43,317 bases of DNA from Cercozoa sp. M6MM (taxonomy: Eukaryota > Protista > Endomyxa: Ascetosporea), in NCBI GenBank assembly GCA_040357565.1, contig JBDODJ010000091.1. One strand, given 5' to 3'. Shown here piece after piece: positions 11,963-29,497 of the stretch (the first letter of the stretch is position 1; each line of letters begins with the position of its first letter). The notes under the pieces are model-generated. The model was not told the origin of the DNA. It saw nothing but the letters and a program-made list of their open reading frames with translations, and searched no databases. Both the position numbers and the translations under genes were made by a program.

Positions 11963-13026
11963 ATGGAGCACTACCACCGGGGGAATGAACTGTTCGTTCG
12001 AGGTGATCTAGTTGGGGCTGCTCAGCATTTCCGAAACGCGGCGGATGCTTTGTCCGACCCAGAAGGGCTGGCAGAAAGAGTTGCCGATGCCGTGACAGCA
12101 CTGAGACACCTTGTGATCACGTTGATTAAACTCGGACGAACGAAGGAGGCCCAAACAAGTTTTAACATCCTCGAACCTCTTGCAACCACTCGCAAAGACT
12201 CTGCCTGGCTGCACGAGTTGGGAAATATGGTCGCAGGTGAAGACAAGCCAGCAGAGCCAGAGCTCGCGCAACGCGTGCAACAGCTGCACAAAGATGAGAT
12301 GCAATTCGACTGGTGCCAGCATGGTGATACAAACATTGATGTCGCTTTCTACGTGAAGGAGGTCGACGAAAACAGCGTCGTAGCAGTAGTGAACGAGCGA
12401 GGAACTCAACTCACCGTTGCCTTTTGCACGAAAACAGGTCGCGAGCTGCAGCGGCAGTTCCGCTTGTCGAAAGCTGTGCAGTCTGAAGTTTCGGTGAAGG
12501 TGAATGCCTTCAAGTGTTGTGTGACCTTAACGGTACTGCAAACTCATTTGATGCTAGCTGGATAGATTCTTTATTTGCCGTTGTTGGAAGTGCAGCCGCA
12601 AGTGACGGAAAAGTGGCTGTCGCTGGAAAGGCGCAAAGAACAGCAAATGCCTACATCGAACCAGCAGAAGACAGTAAAGCACTGGGAAGAACTCGCGAAA
12701 CTCGAGGAAGCAGAGGAACGCGAAAGCGTGAGTCCCATTCCAATTGTTCAGTTCAAGGAAAAATATGGGGTACAACCATTCTGCTCAGGAAAGTGTGGGG
12801 CACTTCTTTCGTCGACTGTATCAAAGCGCAGACTGCGAGACGCAGCGAGCCATGCAGAAATCCTACGCCGAGTCGCATGGCACTGTCCTGTCCACGAACT
12901 GGGACGACGTGAAGGTACGATTCGCACGTGGATCGTGGCAATTGGCGTGTGCTTTTTTTACACCTCTTCTTGCAGAACAAGGATTTTGGAGGCAAGGTAC
13001 AATTTCCTGAGCTTTTATCAGTGTAA
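11963..13026 (+). CDS. SGT1: SGT1 co-chaperone (TPR + CS + SGS domains)
   Basis: TPR-like HRGNELFVRGDL; CS domain FDWCQ...VAFYVK; SGS motif FFRRLYQSADCETQRAMQKSYAESHGTVLSTNWDDVK. In-frame ATG at 11863 is an alternative start. Confidence 0.9.
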
Positions 13027-13094
13027 ATTTACACGACTGTATGAGTGAGTTTCGACTGTTGGCAGGACCGGCCAGAAGCAACACAAGGTTTCAC

Positions 13095-16000
13095 ATGGCG
13101 CGAATAAACGAAACTCACCGGACGGTTTTCGATACAAGGAGCAGTAGGTCTTACCTTTCTGTAGCGTTCCTTTCTCGTGTCAGCGTGTCTGCACCAAGCC
13201 TTGCACGTGTCGATTATTTTTGCGCTGCTGATTGATTTCGTGATTAGTATCAACTACTGCCTAGTGTCTCGTGTGACAACCCAAACGGGTGCAAAGTTTC
13301 CTCCCGATCGCGATCGGAATCACTGGATAACACTGATTGCCAGTCGGCAATCACCAGCCACTGCGTCTCACTCAACAACTACTGTGCCGTACTGTCCGAC
13401 AGCGGGCGAGAAAGCGCCAGCACTCGAAGTGATTGCACCGCTTGCAGCACGCAGGTATTGAGCCGCTCTTAGCCCCCCGAAAATCCAACCCTGCCCTCGT
13501 GTGCACGATCAAACGCGTCTTTTGCTTTTTTGGAGCCTTCTGGCCTGTTGACAGTTGTTGGTTGTTTTGCGATTTTCCTTACCCCACTCCGACTATTGTC
13601 TCTATAGTAGACTCGGTTGACGCCGGCCCTCGAGGACTCGAACGCCAATGTCTGTTGGCGCGAAAGGGTGCGTTTCTTTCGAACTCCGAGTCCTAAGTAC
13701 TTGTGCATGAATGTGTGCAGCGTCTATGGCTTCAACACACAGTCGCGCACGTACCGGCCGCCCGAGTGGCGCTACGTTGAGCCTGTCGACTTTGATGATG
13801 TAAGACCCTGCCAAAGACATCCAGATGTGTGAGTAAACCCGTTCGCAGGTGTTAGAACTGCTTTGCTTGCGCGGAGGCTCAATCCGCAGTGACACGACTC
13901 GTCCTCAGTATGCGGAAGCCTTCGCCAACGAAACTTTCCTCTCGCAGGTATCGTTAAACTTTATTTGTTTTAGGTGTTTCATTTAAGTGGAGCCAGGGAA
14001 ATATCGCCAATAATATAAATTAGGTCGAGCCAGGCATGCTGATGACGAATGAAACCAATGCGACACCGGAGGATCGTTCCGGCAACGTGCGGACGTTTCT
14101 GAACATTCTGGTGACTCGCTCTTTCTGCATTTAACTCATATGACGTGCAGATGAACTAATTGCTTCTGTTGTTTTCTTTTGCAGGCCAGTATCAGTGACG
14201 AACTGACCGACGAGTGTTTCGAAAAGGCGCGCAGCTACGCATGCTCTTGGATGGCACCGCGTGCCATGTATAATTTACACCGCCTCTGTTGTGTTGTCTA
14301 TCTGCCTGTGTGTACGCGTGTGTTGTCTATAGTGAAGTTCCACTCGAGGAGAATGTCACACACCCGCTGACAGGACTTGATCGGTACCTTGTGCCACGCT
14401 GAGTGTCTTCCTCACTGAGTACATGTCTATGTGTCCGGCAGGGAGTACTTTCGACAGCCGATCTGTATATCGACGTGCCAGAGTTTCTTCCGAGAGTGTC
14501 CCATCATGACACAAGCCTTGTCGGTGTTCAATCTGCCGCCCTACTGCGAAGCATACACGTGCCTTGGATCCTGTTTCTTTGTGCATTTGTGTTATCTATC
14601 TGTGTTGTACAGGTACCTGGACTTTAAGTTTGGTGCTCGCTGGTCAAAGAAGAACGTATCACTCCTCTCTATGTCGATCCCCTGTATGTACTACTTGTTG
14701 CGATCCGACTCATGCGTTAGCGCTTTCTTCGGTTCAACGAGCGTTACGAGATGAGTGCGCGTCCAGTGTCGACCAATCTGACGCAGGACTACATTGATCT
14801 GGACAACCGGGACGACGACGACTACACAGGCTGGGGCGAGTCGGACACGATCTATGACGACGCCACTCGACGGGACGCCGTGCAGGACGACCTGGCACAG
14901 ACGATCCTGTTCGACGCTGCCGTGCTGGACAACAACACCGAGCTGCTCGACAAGGAGGCACTGGCGGCCTCGGCAGCTGGCTTCCGCTACGGCACCGAGG
15001 CCGACGCCTACTACATGGTGCGTTCCGTGGACGGACGACGACATGCTCTGCCCTGCGTACCCATCGAGCGAATGGAGGCACCTGTAGACGCTGCGTCGAT
15101 TTTGTGTGACGCACAGGGGTACCTGACCTCAGTGCCTAACCTCTGTGTCTGTGCTACTGGTCTTACTGACACACCATTTCTGCTGCTTATGTGGGTGTGC
15201 TCATTGTTGGCAGTCTGACACCGGGCGAGAACAACGTGTGCGAACTCTCGTGTCCACTGCTCATCATGCCAGAGGAGGACAGCGCCCGTCTGCAGGTAGT
15301 CATGACCCAGACAGCAGCTTGGGCATCGGTGTGGAAATAGGAAGGTGTGTGTGTGTCCTGTAGGACGTGCGTGTGGCTACGGGTGCCACCACCATCATAT
15401 GCGCACTGGCCGTGCTGTTCCGCCTCTTTTTCTACAATGTGCGACACAAGCGACTGCGCACGCAGCAGCAGCAGTACCTGTCCTTGTCCACCCCTATCTT
15501 ATGTTCTCAATCTGCGCACATGATCACATTGGCCTGCCTAGAAACAAACCGCAGTCGCACAGTCAGGCACTGCAGAACGACAATGTCCGTGCGTTGAGTT
15601 GTGTGTCTGTGTCTGTGTCTGTGTGTCTGTGTCCTGTGTCTGTGTGTCTGCGACTGTGTCTGTGTCTGTGAGGGGTACACTATAAGATGCTGTGTTGCAC
15701 AGGTGTGTTTCGTCCGCTGCTGCCGCCGTTCCCGGCCCGTCTTGCCAGTACCAGCTATCTTTTGTGTTATCAGTCTGGTGTATCCTAGTTTAACTCATTT
15801 GCCTGCAGTTCCACTGGCCCTGTCTTTCTTCATTCTCGGCTTCTCGTAATCTCTCTTTGTCTCTGTCTCTCTGTGTACTGTACACACGCCTGTATACAGT
15901 TTCGTTCTGCAACCTTCTCCGTGCACTGAGGTATCTTCATGTAATACTTGGTCTGATTGGACATGTAGATGCGTGGTGGACAGGGCAACCTGAGCAACAC

Positions 16001-16719
16001 GGGCAGCAACGACGATCTGTGCGCCGCGCAGGCCTTTTTCTTGGTCACTGGCGCGATTTCCACCGTGTCTTGGTGGTATGCGTCTGTCCTACCTGACATC
16101 CTTGTACTGCGTACATGATCCCCCCCCCCACGTAGGTGTGCCTTTGCCATGTGTCTGGCACTCATGGTGTCGGACAACAAGCGCTTCATGTTCCTTCTGC
16201 GTCGACATCGCAACAGCGGCCGGCAGCACTCACTTGCCAAGTATGAAACACACACATAAAGTTAAGGGGACAAGGGCAGGTCTGTATGTGTATATGACAG
16301 GAAGTTCGAGTACGTGATCCACGCCATCTGTTGGTTGCCGGCTATCATCTGCGGCATCATTCCGCTCGCTGCCGACAAAGTGCGCTGGGTAGTTCCACTC
16401 ACATGACTGATTGTACAGCTGAGTGTACAGCTGACTGCACAACTGTATATGTGTGTGTACCTTAGAACCCGGGCGCGTCCATGTGTTCCATCGACACTAT
16501 CGATGGTACAAACACACTGTTGGCCTTGTCTCTCTGTTTACATGTGTGTACATGTGTGTGTGTGTACGTGTGTGTATGTGCGCTTGTGTGTGTGTGTGCA
16601 GGTGTCGGCTGGATGGCGGGCGCACTGATCACGCCGCTGATTCTGTTTGTCGGCGTTGGCACCGTTGCTGTCGTGTCCACCATCGTGTCGGTAGGCCTGT
16701 CAGTCATCATGGCCGTGTC

Positions 16720-16767
<48 letters not shown>

Positions 16768-17313
16768 NNNNNNNNNNTGTGTGTGTGTGTGTGTGTGTGT
16801 GAGTGTGTGAGTGTGTGAGTGTGTGAGTGTGTGAGTACGTGTGTGTATGTGTGTAGGTGTGTCGTGCGAGTCCGTCCACAGCGAGAGGAACCACGTCGCA
16901 CAATGCATCGACTTCTGTACTCTCCTCATGTCTCTGTCTATATGTTTTGTATGGGTAGTTGACCTGTCTTTTTTGTGTCTCAGAACGCCCGTCGCGGTAG
17001 CACAGGTGCCCCGAGTCACGTGGGTTCCGACACACAGCGGTATGTCTGACTTAACTTGGCTAGCTTAACTTGGCTGACTTGACTTGGTTGACTAATGTTG
17101 TTTCACACACAGAACGACTACCTCGGTGGGCGGTGCCACTGGAGCCACTCCGGCGGCGACCTCCAAACCCGGCAGTTCGGCCTTGCTGCTGGTGGTGCGC
17201 TTCGCCTTCTTTGTGCCGTGCTTCCTGGTCGCTGCCATCCTGATGTTCTCGCTCGAGTTCCGACGACTCGGCGTTCAGTCCAAGGTACGCACACTCTGTC
17301 TTTGTTTGGCAGG

Positions 17314-17391
<78 letters not shown>

Positions 17392-17474
17392 CTCTCCCCG
17401 AAACTGTGCAGTTGAACGACGCCGTCAAGGGAACCTCGGCGTGCCTGTTCGAGGTGAGTCAACCTCCAGTGTTC

Positions 17475-17520
<46 letters not shown>

Positions 17521-17620
17521 NNNNNNNNNNNNNNNNNNNNNNNNNNNNNNNNNNNNNNNNNNNNNNNNNNNNNNNNNNNNNNNNNNNNNNNNNNNNNNNN
17601 NNNNNNNNNNNNNNNNNNNN

Positions 17621-17665
<45 letters not shown>

Positions 17666-18412
17666 GATACAAAGACGTTTCTCTAGCTGTACAAGGTGGA
17701 CGATGATACCTCCAACTACGTCGATTTCCAAGGCGTCACTGCCGAGGATCGCAACCAGGTCTGTCTTTTATATATATATATATATATATCTGTATTTATT
17801 TATTTATCTATTCATTCAAATATCTATGTATATATACTTATATACTCATGTGTGTGCAGTGTGTCGTGGATGCCCTTCTCAACGCCGACACGGGTGTGTC
17901 CTACGGCTTCGAAGTCGCCGGTCTTGTCGCCTGGCTCGTCGCTGCTCTCCTGTGCCTCTCATTTTTCTTCTCCTTCTTCTGCTCCTTCTCCTTCTCCTTC
18001 TCCTTCTTCTGCTCCTTCTCTTTCTCCTTCTCTTCCGTTACAGTGCGCGTGTGCTTGTTAATATCGATGTGTTGCCGAGACAGGACTGCACTCGTGTTCG
18101 CACTGCCGCAAGGCTGCTTTCAGCGGTGTGCTGCGCGTATTCCGCTGCCGCGCTTGCGTAACCCAGCCTGTTCCTTCTTGTCTTTGGCCGGCTTCCATAT
18201 GCAGGCTGTTGCTTCGTTCTTTCACAGGCAAGCGCTTTGGCACCTCGGGCACTGGTCTGTCTTCGACCTCGCGTTCTGGCGTCAGCGACATTCCGGTAAC
18301 TGACTCGTTGGCTCCCCTCAGTGACTCAGTGTGGACTGACATGTCAATCGATATGTGTGTACAGGAGGAGCGAAACACTGGTGTCGAGATGTCGACGGCC
18401 GGCGGTGCTTAA
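13095..18412 (+). CDS. Frizzled/Smoothened-like (class F) 7TM receptor with extracellular Cys-rich domain, many exons
   Basis: CRD-like CFEKARSYACSWMAP...PICISTCQSFFRECP...PPYC; hinge NVCELSCP; hydrophobic helices including DLCAAQAFFLVTGAISTVSWW, YVIHAICWLPAIICGIIPL, ECL2 Cys (MCSID), ALITPLILFVGVG, RFAFFVPCFLVAAIL; TAA 18412. Start uncertain. Confidence 0.72.
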
Positions 18413-18599
18413 TCGAAACGCGGCCATGCACCATAAAATTACTGCAGCACGGTCACGTCTGTGTTGCCGTTGCTAAGTCGACGTTCGCTCACTCGCTCCG
18501 CTCGTTCCCGTTAGAAAGATGCTTTGCGACGATATCGCGTCGGAGCGAGTCGTTGGCTATAAAGTAGTTGAGGGCGAAGTCGAGTCTGAATAGTCTGGT

Positions 18600-18688
18600 T
18601 AGTTAGTTGAGTCTACACCAGTCCGGGGTGGGTCACAAGAGCATGGGCGTGTCTACCACCCGCTCAGGGTAGCACCGTACAACTCCCC
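18600..18688 (+). repeat. Dispersed structured non-coding element, copy C
   Basis: CCGGGGTGGGTCACAAGAGCATGGGCGTGTCTACCACCCGCTCAGGG aligns to copy A; followed by CAACTCC as in A. Confidence 0.65.
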
Positions 18689-18928
18689 TTATATGACGTT
18701 CCCCAGACACCGAAGTCGTGACTTCATGGTTGGTGCCGAGAAAGTCAGGTTAAGCCATGCATAGCTACACGGCACGCGAAAGCTTACGATGGCTGTACAG
18801 CAAGTGGAAATGGTGGCACACTCGGCAAACGGCACACCCCAAAAGTGACGGACCAAGTCACTTGATCACTTTCGATCAACCAAAAACTTTTGTCTTTTTC
18901 ACGATCAAGAAGTACTGCTACTACAACA

Positions 18929-19783
18929 ATGGTGAGTCACTCTGTGTCTGTTGGCGTGCCAGCTGCTGGTGTGCAAGCCGTGTGTGCCTAAAACCTTGTT
19001 TTACTCTTGTTGTAGTGCAAAGTGTTCACGCTTGATGATGTGTTGTGCAAAGTGTTCACTTGATGATGTGTGTTGTGCCTGTGTGCAGAAGCTTTCCCGC
19101 AAGACCGTGGCGGAATACATCCGCGAACACCGTCCCCACTTTAACCTGCACTTGCACTTCAGCCGGCCGCGCTTCGGTGCCCGTCGTGCTGAACGTGTGG
19201 CCGCCGCCGAGTCCATCGCTCGTGTGGCGGAAGCGCACGCTCGCAGCGCCACGCGTTGCTACGGCTCGATCGTGGCCGAGCAGGTCGCCGCCGGCGTGCG
19301 TCGTCGTCAGCGGCAGCTCGCTGTGCAGCGCCGCCTCGGCTCGCTGGTGGCGCTGCACGCCGCCCTTGTTGCCGCTCAGCAGGGTGCGTGTGCATTTCTG
19401 TTCTGTCCTTTGCTGTCCTTAGTCCTTGTGTCCATGACGACACTCTGCACTATGTGTGGTATCACTGCACTGCACTGTCCGGTACCGTGTGCAGCAACCT
19501 GCGCGCCCTACCACGACCTGGCCCAGGAGTTGCCCTTCTACGTGCCGCCCGAGAAGCGGAACCTAGTTTCTCTGCCTCTTTACATCATGAATGATTGTAT
19601 AACTCTTTGGCTTTGGCTTTTTGTAAACTTAGACACACGCAAGTGGCACGTGCAACTGACTCGGCCAGCCAGAACTCGGCGCGCGCCTGCATGGCCGTCA
19701 CTCGCGCTCTCAAGGAGCAAGAACTGACTGCCTCGGTGGCCAACGAGCTGCTCCAGGTGCACTTCGACCTGCTCACTGTCTAG
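18929..19783 (+). CDS. Hypothetical alpha-helical protein (~170-180 aa), 4 exons
   Basis: ATG|GTGAGT first intron; GC3-rich exons at 19089-19383, 19495-19558 and 19633-19783; no family recognised. Confidence 0.65.
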
Positions 19784-20166
19784 GCTCGAGTCACAAGCAC
19801 CTCACCCAAGCGTGACGGCAACTGTCAAGATCTCGGCCGTCACCGACTCTCTGTGTGGCGCACGCACGCACTGACAGGTAGATTGCCCCCCTTTGAACAT
19901 TGAGGAAGCATCGCCGCGCCACTACCATTGCACTCTAATACACCTGCTTGTGCCATTGAATTGAATTAGTCTACTATGCGATGCCATTTTATCAACTTAA
20001 AGCAGACGTCTTTTTTACCTTCCTGATTCGACTTGATTTCCGTGTCAGGTCAAACAGATAGCTGTAAAATAACACACAAAGTGTCCAAACACACTTAAAC
20101 AGTGTGAAATCCTTGCTGGGCAGGTGTTTATACCATTTTGTGTCTACATCAGCGATTGGATTGTGA

Positions 20167-23100
20167 ATGGACATTTTTGTTGAACGGCGCTTCGTTTTCG
20201 AGAGATACAGGAAGCGAGGTTTGCGTGGACAATGGAAGCCGCTCAAAGAAGACGATTTAGACAGCGAACGGGTGCACGATCCGGCGACACACACGGCTGA
20301 TTATCCTCCTAGAGTGGACGATGTCGACCGTACCCTAGACTGATTGCACGGGGGGGGGGGGGGGGTCATTTGTTGGGTTATGGGTGGTTGGACAGCATCA
20401 AGACACGCGTTTGGTGCGTGGTTTTGGACTGACGCGGACTGTAACAGCATGCTTCAAGTGTTAAGCTTGGTTGTTCGACAGTTGTTGACTGAGTAGGGTC
20501 GCTTCTGCAGTGTGACACATCTGGCCCCAAGTACGACTTGCTTCCGCGTCGCGATGCCTTCAGCACAGTTTGCCTTCATTTTTTTTTGTCTCCTTTTCAA
20601 CTGACTTGGTAGAACTGGGTGTGTGTGCTTGCGCCGCTTTGAGCAGGACTGGTATTACTCAGCGAGCGAGTTTCCTGTACCATACTACTCATTTATGCGA
20701 CTATATATATATATATATATATATCGTGTGCAGTGCTTTGCTCAGGTCAGTTGAAATTGTAGGACACTCGCGGCGACTGTGGCGTTGACTTTGTCGCCTC
20801 CAAGAAGCACCGTTTGCGCCGACAGGTGCGCATTCGGCGTCGCGTGCGCATTCGCATTTGCGACAACGACAGTGTGTTGAAAGACACGTCGGATGACAGT
20901 TATTTAAATGGCAGAGAGGTGTCGTCAACAGCAGCAGCAACATCAACATCAACAACAACAACACCAACAGCGGCAGAAACGACAACAACAACACAACGCA
21001 GCAAAGGCCTTCGTGGACGCATCGGTTTCGTCGAGAGCGAATTTCTATCGCGAGTGTCGCTGGGACACCTCGATGCAGACGTACTCGACTTTGTGTTTGC
21101 CTACGAACGGCAGCGACTGCACAAGAATTGCTGGCTTGCTGAGGCACCCATTACTCTACCCTTTACTCCTATCTCTTTTACTCTTTCGGCCCTAGGAACT
21201 GCCGAAACGACTGAAGCATCGGGAGGCTGTCACAGGCACAGGCGTATGTGTCTATCAATGATCGAACCTGTATGCAGCTGTGTTAATTCTGTTCTACAGT
21301 GGCAGTGTGAGTGGCACGTGGCTACGGAACCGTCTCAGTGCGATTCAGAAGGCTGGCAGTACGCGCGGACGTCGCATGGACCAGTAGGGCACCTTATTGT
21401 TGGTCAAGTATGTGGTAGGTACGATGATGCGCATGCGCAGTGGCGACGCAGTCGAATGACGCAGTCGCATCAGTTGCGACAGCGTGCTTGGTGTCGTCTG
21501 CGCTTTCGGAGTCCCGTCGCGACAACAACAGCAGCAGCAACAACAACAACAGCTGCAACAACAGCAGCAACAACAACAGTAGCTGTGCGAACACGCAAAG
21601 ACACAATCAGCAGTGTCGGCACTGCCGAGACTGCCTTGCATGACCGGCGAATCTTCATCCACGGCCCTGTCGAGGACACCGCTCTCAAGCGAGCCTGTAT
21701 TAGTCACTGTCAACACATAGGGACATGAGTACTTATGCTATAGACAAGGTGTTATACTGTGTAGACATAAAGCACGTGCTGGTGACAACGATGATTCCGC
21801 AAGTGAACGCGCAGTTGGCGCTGCGGCAGTTCGCGTCGCTGCAATTGACACTGGCGCGCTCGCGTGTCCTCGCTGCCTTTGCTCAAGGTGCAGTATATCT
21901 TCCCCTGTGTGTTGTTTCTACCTGAGTACTCCGTGGGATCACATAGACGAGGCACTGCGCACCGTGGTTCGGGACCTGTGTCATCGTGCACGTGAGGTCG
22001 CGTGTCACCTCTTTGTCGGACAGAGTCTGCACTCATGCAGTCTGCAGTTGCAGCAGGGTTCCTCTTTCTACATTATTTGTTTTTCCTTTGTGTATATTTT
22101 GTTCATGTTATCTGTGTCTGTCAATAAGTACATATGCAGCAAGCGAGTTTTGCGACGCGGCGGCACTGCTATCGGACCAGAGCGCCCTCGGACAGCACGA
22201 GTCGCACGCGGCCGTTCACGCCGTCTGTCGCGCCATCTCCATGCAGCTCTGGCGCGACTACGACCGACGCTGTGGCCGAGGGTAGTCCAATCATACCGAG
22301 GGAAGGGGTATGGGTAGAAGGGTAGGGTAAGAGAGGGGATTAAAATGATAGTACAGATCTGCGGTGTCGCCTGTGCCACTCGGAAGAGAAATGCGTCGCT
22401 GGGCCTTCTTTCACCGCATCTGGAATGAGCAGCTGCCGCAACTCCTACTTGTGGTACCCAAGGAAGTATACGTGGTGGGGAGTCACAGAGGGTTAAACGT
22501 GCTCTCTCTGTCTCATTGCAGGTGCCGGCACAATGGAAGCTGCCGTGTACGCTGTCTGTCTGTTCCCTTGCCTTGCGGGGTCGTTATTGTCTAACCCCCA
22601 TTGTGCACAGGGTATGTTGCACGCGAGTTCTGCTCCATCACGGCGGTACTGTTTAGTCCTCTACCCTTTTACCCTCCCCCCCACCACACACGCCTCTTGC
22701 CGGTGTAGAGTCACCTGGCGACCGAACTTGAGTGTGCACAAAGTGACCCAAAGAAACGCATCAACGTTGACGTACTCGTTGAGGTACGTACAGTCACTCA
22801 TCTCACCTCCCCTCACCTTCCTACCCCTCCCCTTACCCTTCTTACCCCCTTCTTCTCTGTCTGTATGGCACAGGTGGCGAAGGAAGTGCGACAGTTCGAG
22901 CAGGAGGCAGGACAGCTGTGTCAGCAAGCAGACGCAGAGTCAGACGCGACTGAAACTGACGGTTTCGACCGAGAAATCGTGCACGTGTTTGACTCGGTGC
23001 TGGCACCGTACTTTGCGACACGTGCACGTGCACTGCTGCAACCCTGTCTCACTGAGGTAATACTACATGTGCAGTGAGAGTGAGTGTTGACAGGTCCTGT

Positions 23101-24578
23101 GCCGTACCTTTTGGTCTGTTGGTCCGCAGGTGCAGCACAGCATGCGACAGGCCCGTGTGGCACTCTACTCTCACTCTGTGTGCGACGAGCCTCATGGTCC
23201 TAACTTACCCCTCCCCTCATCCCCTCCTATCACTCTCTCGCTCTGCAAGACAGACCTGAGCAGTCACGTGTCGTGCGAGGCACGTGCCCACAGGAGTGCG
23301 ATCGAACTGCGCGCACTCGGCAAGACTTTGCGCACGTGTCTGACTGAGGTGGTCACCACTTGTGGTCGCTCTGGCTCTGTGATCGACGGTGTCAAATCGT
23401 GTGTGCGTCAAGTGCTGCACGTGTTGATCGTGCACGTGCGGGACACGGTGGACACCCGTGTTTCTGTCGCACTGGACGGCACGACCGTCACTGCGCGTGC
23501 CAAACCGCCTGTTCTCCAGGTACCTATTGGGGTAAAGAAGTATGGGGGGCTAGAACTTTCCTGTTACTCTCCTCGCATGCAGTTGCTCACGGTAGCACAT
23601 GTGTGTCAAGCACTGCAAGCACTCCAGCTTGTCAGGCATATCGCTGCTGGGCTTCCGTGTGGTACCTGCTCTACCTCTAGGTGTATTGATCTAGTATACA
23701 TGTCACACACACACACAGGTATTGATGACGACAGCAGTGTCTCGGGTCAGTGCCAAAGCACGATGGACAAAATGCGCACACGCATTGTCTCCTTGCTGGA
23801 GGTGCTTGAGTTCTCTCTCACGTGATACGTATGTCTACCCAAACTGATGTGCCAACAGGCACATGTACGTGCGTGCATGACGCTCATTCCGACCAGTGTC
23901 ACGGCAGCTTTTGATGGAGGTAGAGCAAGCACACATAGCAACTCGCATTTCACAAGTCAATCAACCAGCTCACTCGTGTCAACAGTGGACGAAGCCTTGC
24001 GACTGTTGTACCGACCAGGTGACTCCTTGCGCTTCGTGTTCGACACTGATGTTAGCACAGAGTCGACCGGCAGCTTCGGCGCTCTCGTGCAGCACGTCAT
24101 CTCGGTCACTGCGACCACGCTGCAACAGCACATGGTCGAGACGTTGCATGCCGGCATCAGCTTTGACACTGCCATTGCGCGAACGCGCATGCTGCGCGAC
24201 AGTCTCATCGCCATCGTTCCTGAGGACACAAGGTACTTTCGTGTGCAGTGACTTTTTTTCTACTACTGTTGGCTTTTCCCCTCAATTGGCTCTTGTTGCA
24301 GGCACGAAACACTGCAACAACTGGTGTCAGCGACGATGCGTGCTGTGTTGGAACAGCTCAGGCAGCGCCGGCACCAGCAAAAGAACCGTCTGCACGAGGC
24401 TGGATACGGCAGCAACACCTCTGGCAGCACTGGTAGCTTCTCCTCGTTGTCTGCTAGAAGTACCAAGCTACTTGCCGCGGCTCACCTGCAACGCGTCGAC
24501 TTCGATCACGACGCTGCTGACAGTGACACTAGTAGTGACGAGGACGACCTATACGAAATGTCCTCCTTTTACGGGTAA
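20167..24578 (+). CDS. Protein with two dysferlin (DysF)-like domains and a long helical C-terminal region, many exons
   Basis: DysF hallmarks FAYERQR...WQCEWHV...CDSEGWQYA...LRQRAWCRLR; a degenerate N-terminal copy FVFERYR...W...RRQVRIRRR; TAA 24578. Confidence 0.65.
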
Positions 24579-24831
24579 ACGTTGTGTCGCACGCGCGTCT
24601 GCACCACATTAGCGTAGGTTCTCGTCATGATCAGTGAACAAGTAAAGCGGATCTTTTTAGCGTACATTTAGCAGCCTCAGCGCTGCGCTAGCCACCCCCC
24701 CCCCCCCCCCTGACGGGGAGGGATTGGCAGGGTACATCTCCTGCGCTCAGTTACGAGATACGGTTAATGGCCTCAGCAAATGCTGGCTGTCGAGTAACCG
24801 ACGGCATAACTGCCAACAAGGAAGAAATTGA

Positions 24832-29201
<4,370 letters not shown>

Positions 29202-29497
29202 GCCCGAAGGGTTTCCAGGCTAACTTAGCGCATAAAATGAGTCACTTTGCGAGTTTAACCAATTCAAACTTGGGTCAGTCGGTTTTGATTGTTGACCGTG
29301 CACAACCTCCAAGCATCACGATTTGAACTGAAACCTTGCACGGCGTGCGATGGAGACTGCAGCTCCTGCGTCAGTTGTACGGGGAAGCTGTGGTCTGGCG
29401 AGAGTAAGTTCAATAACTAAAAACAACTGAAATACGTCGGTACAAAAGAGGCGCGGGCCGGATGTCGAGTCGACACGGCGACATCCGGTCGAGTACG

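Noticed and set aside
16453-18161. Many ORFs with poly-CV/HT/YI/LS tracts
   Set aside because: Translations of intronic microsatellites and N gaps.
24683-24740. Poly-C/G hairpin with TGAC loop as a fourth copy of the dispersed element; likewise 33065-33095
   Set aside because: Similarity is limited to GTACC/GTCA words and homopolymer runs.
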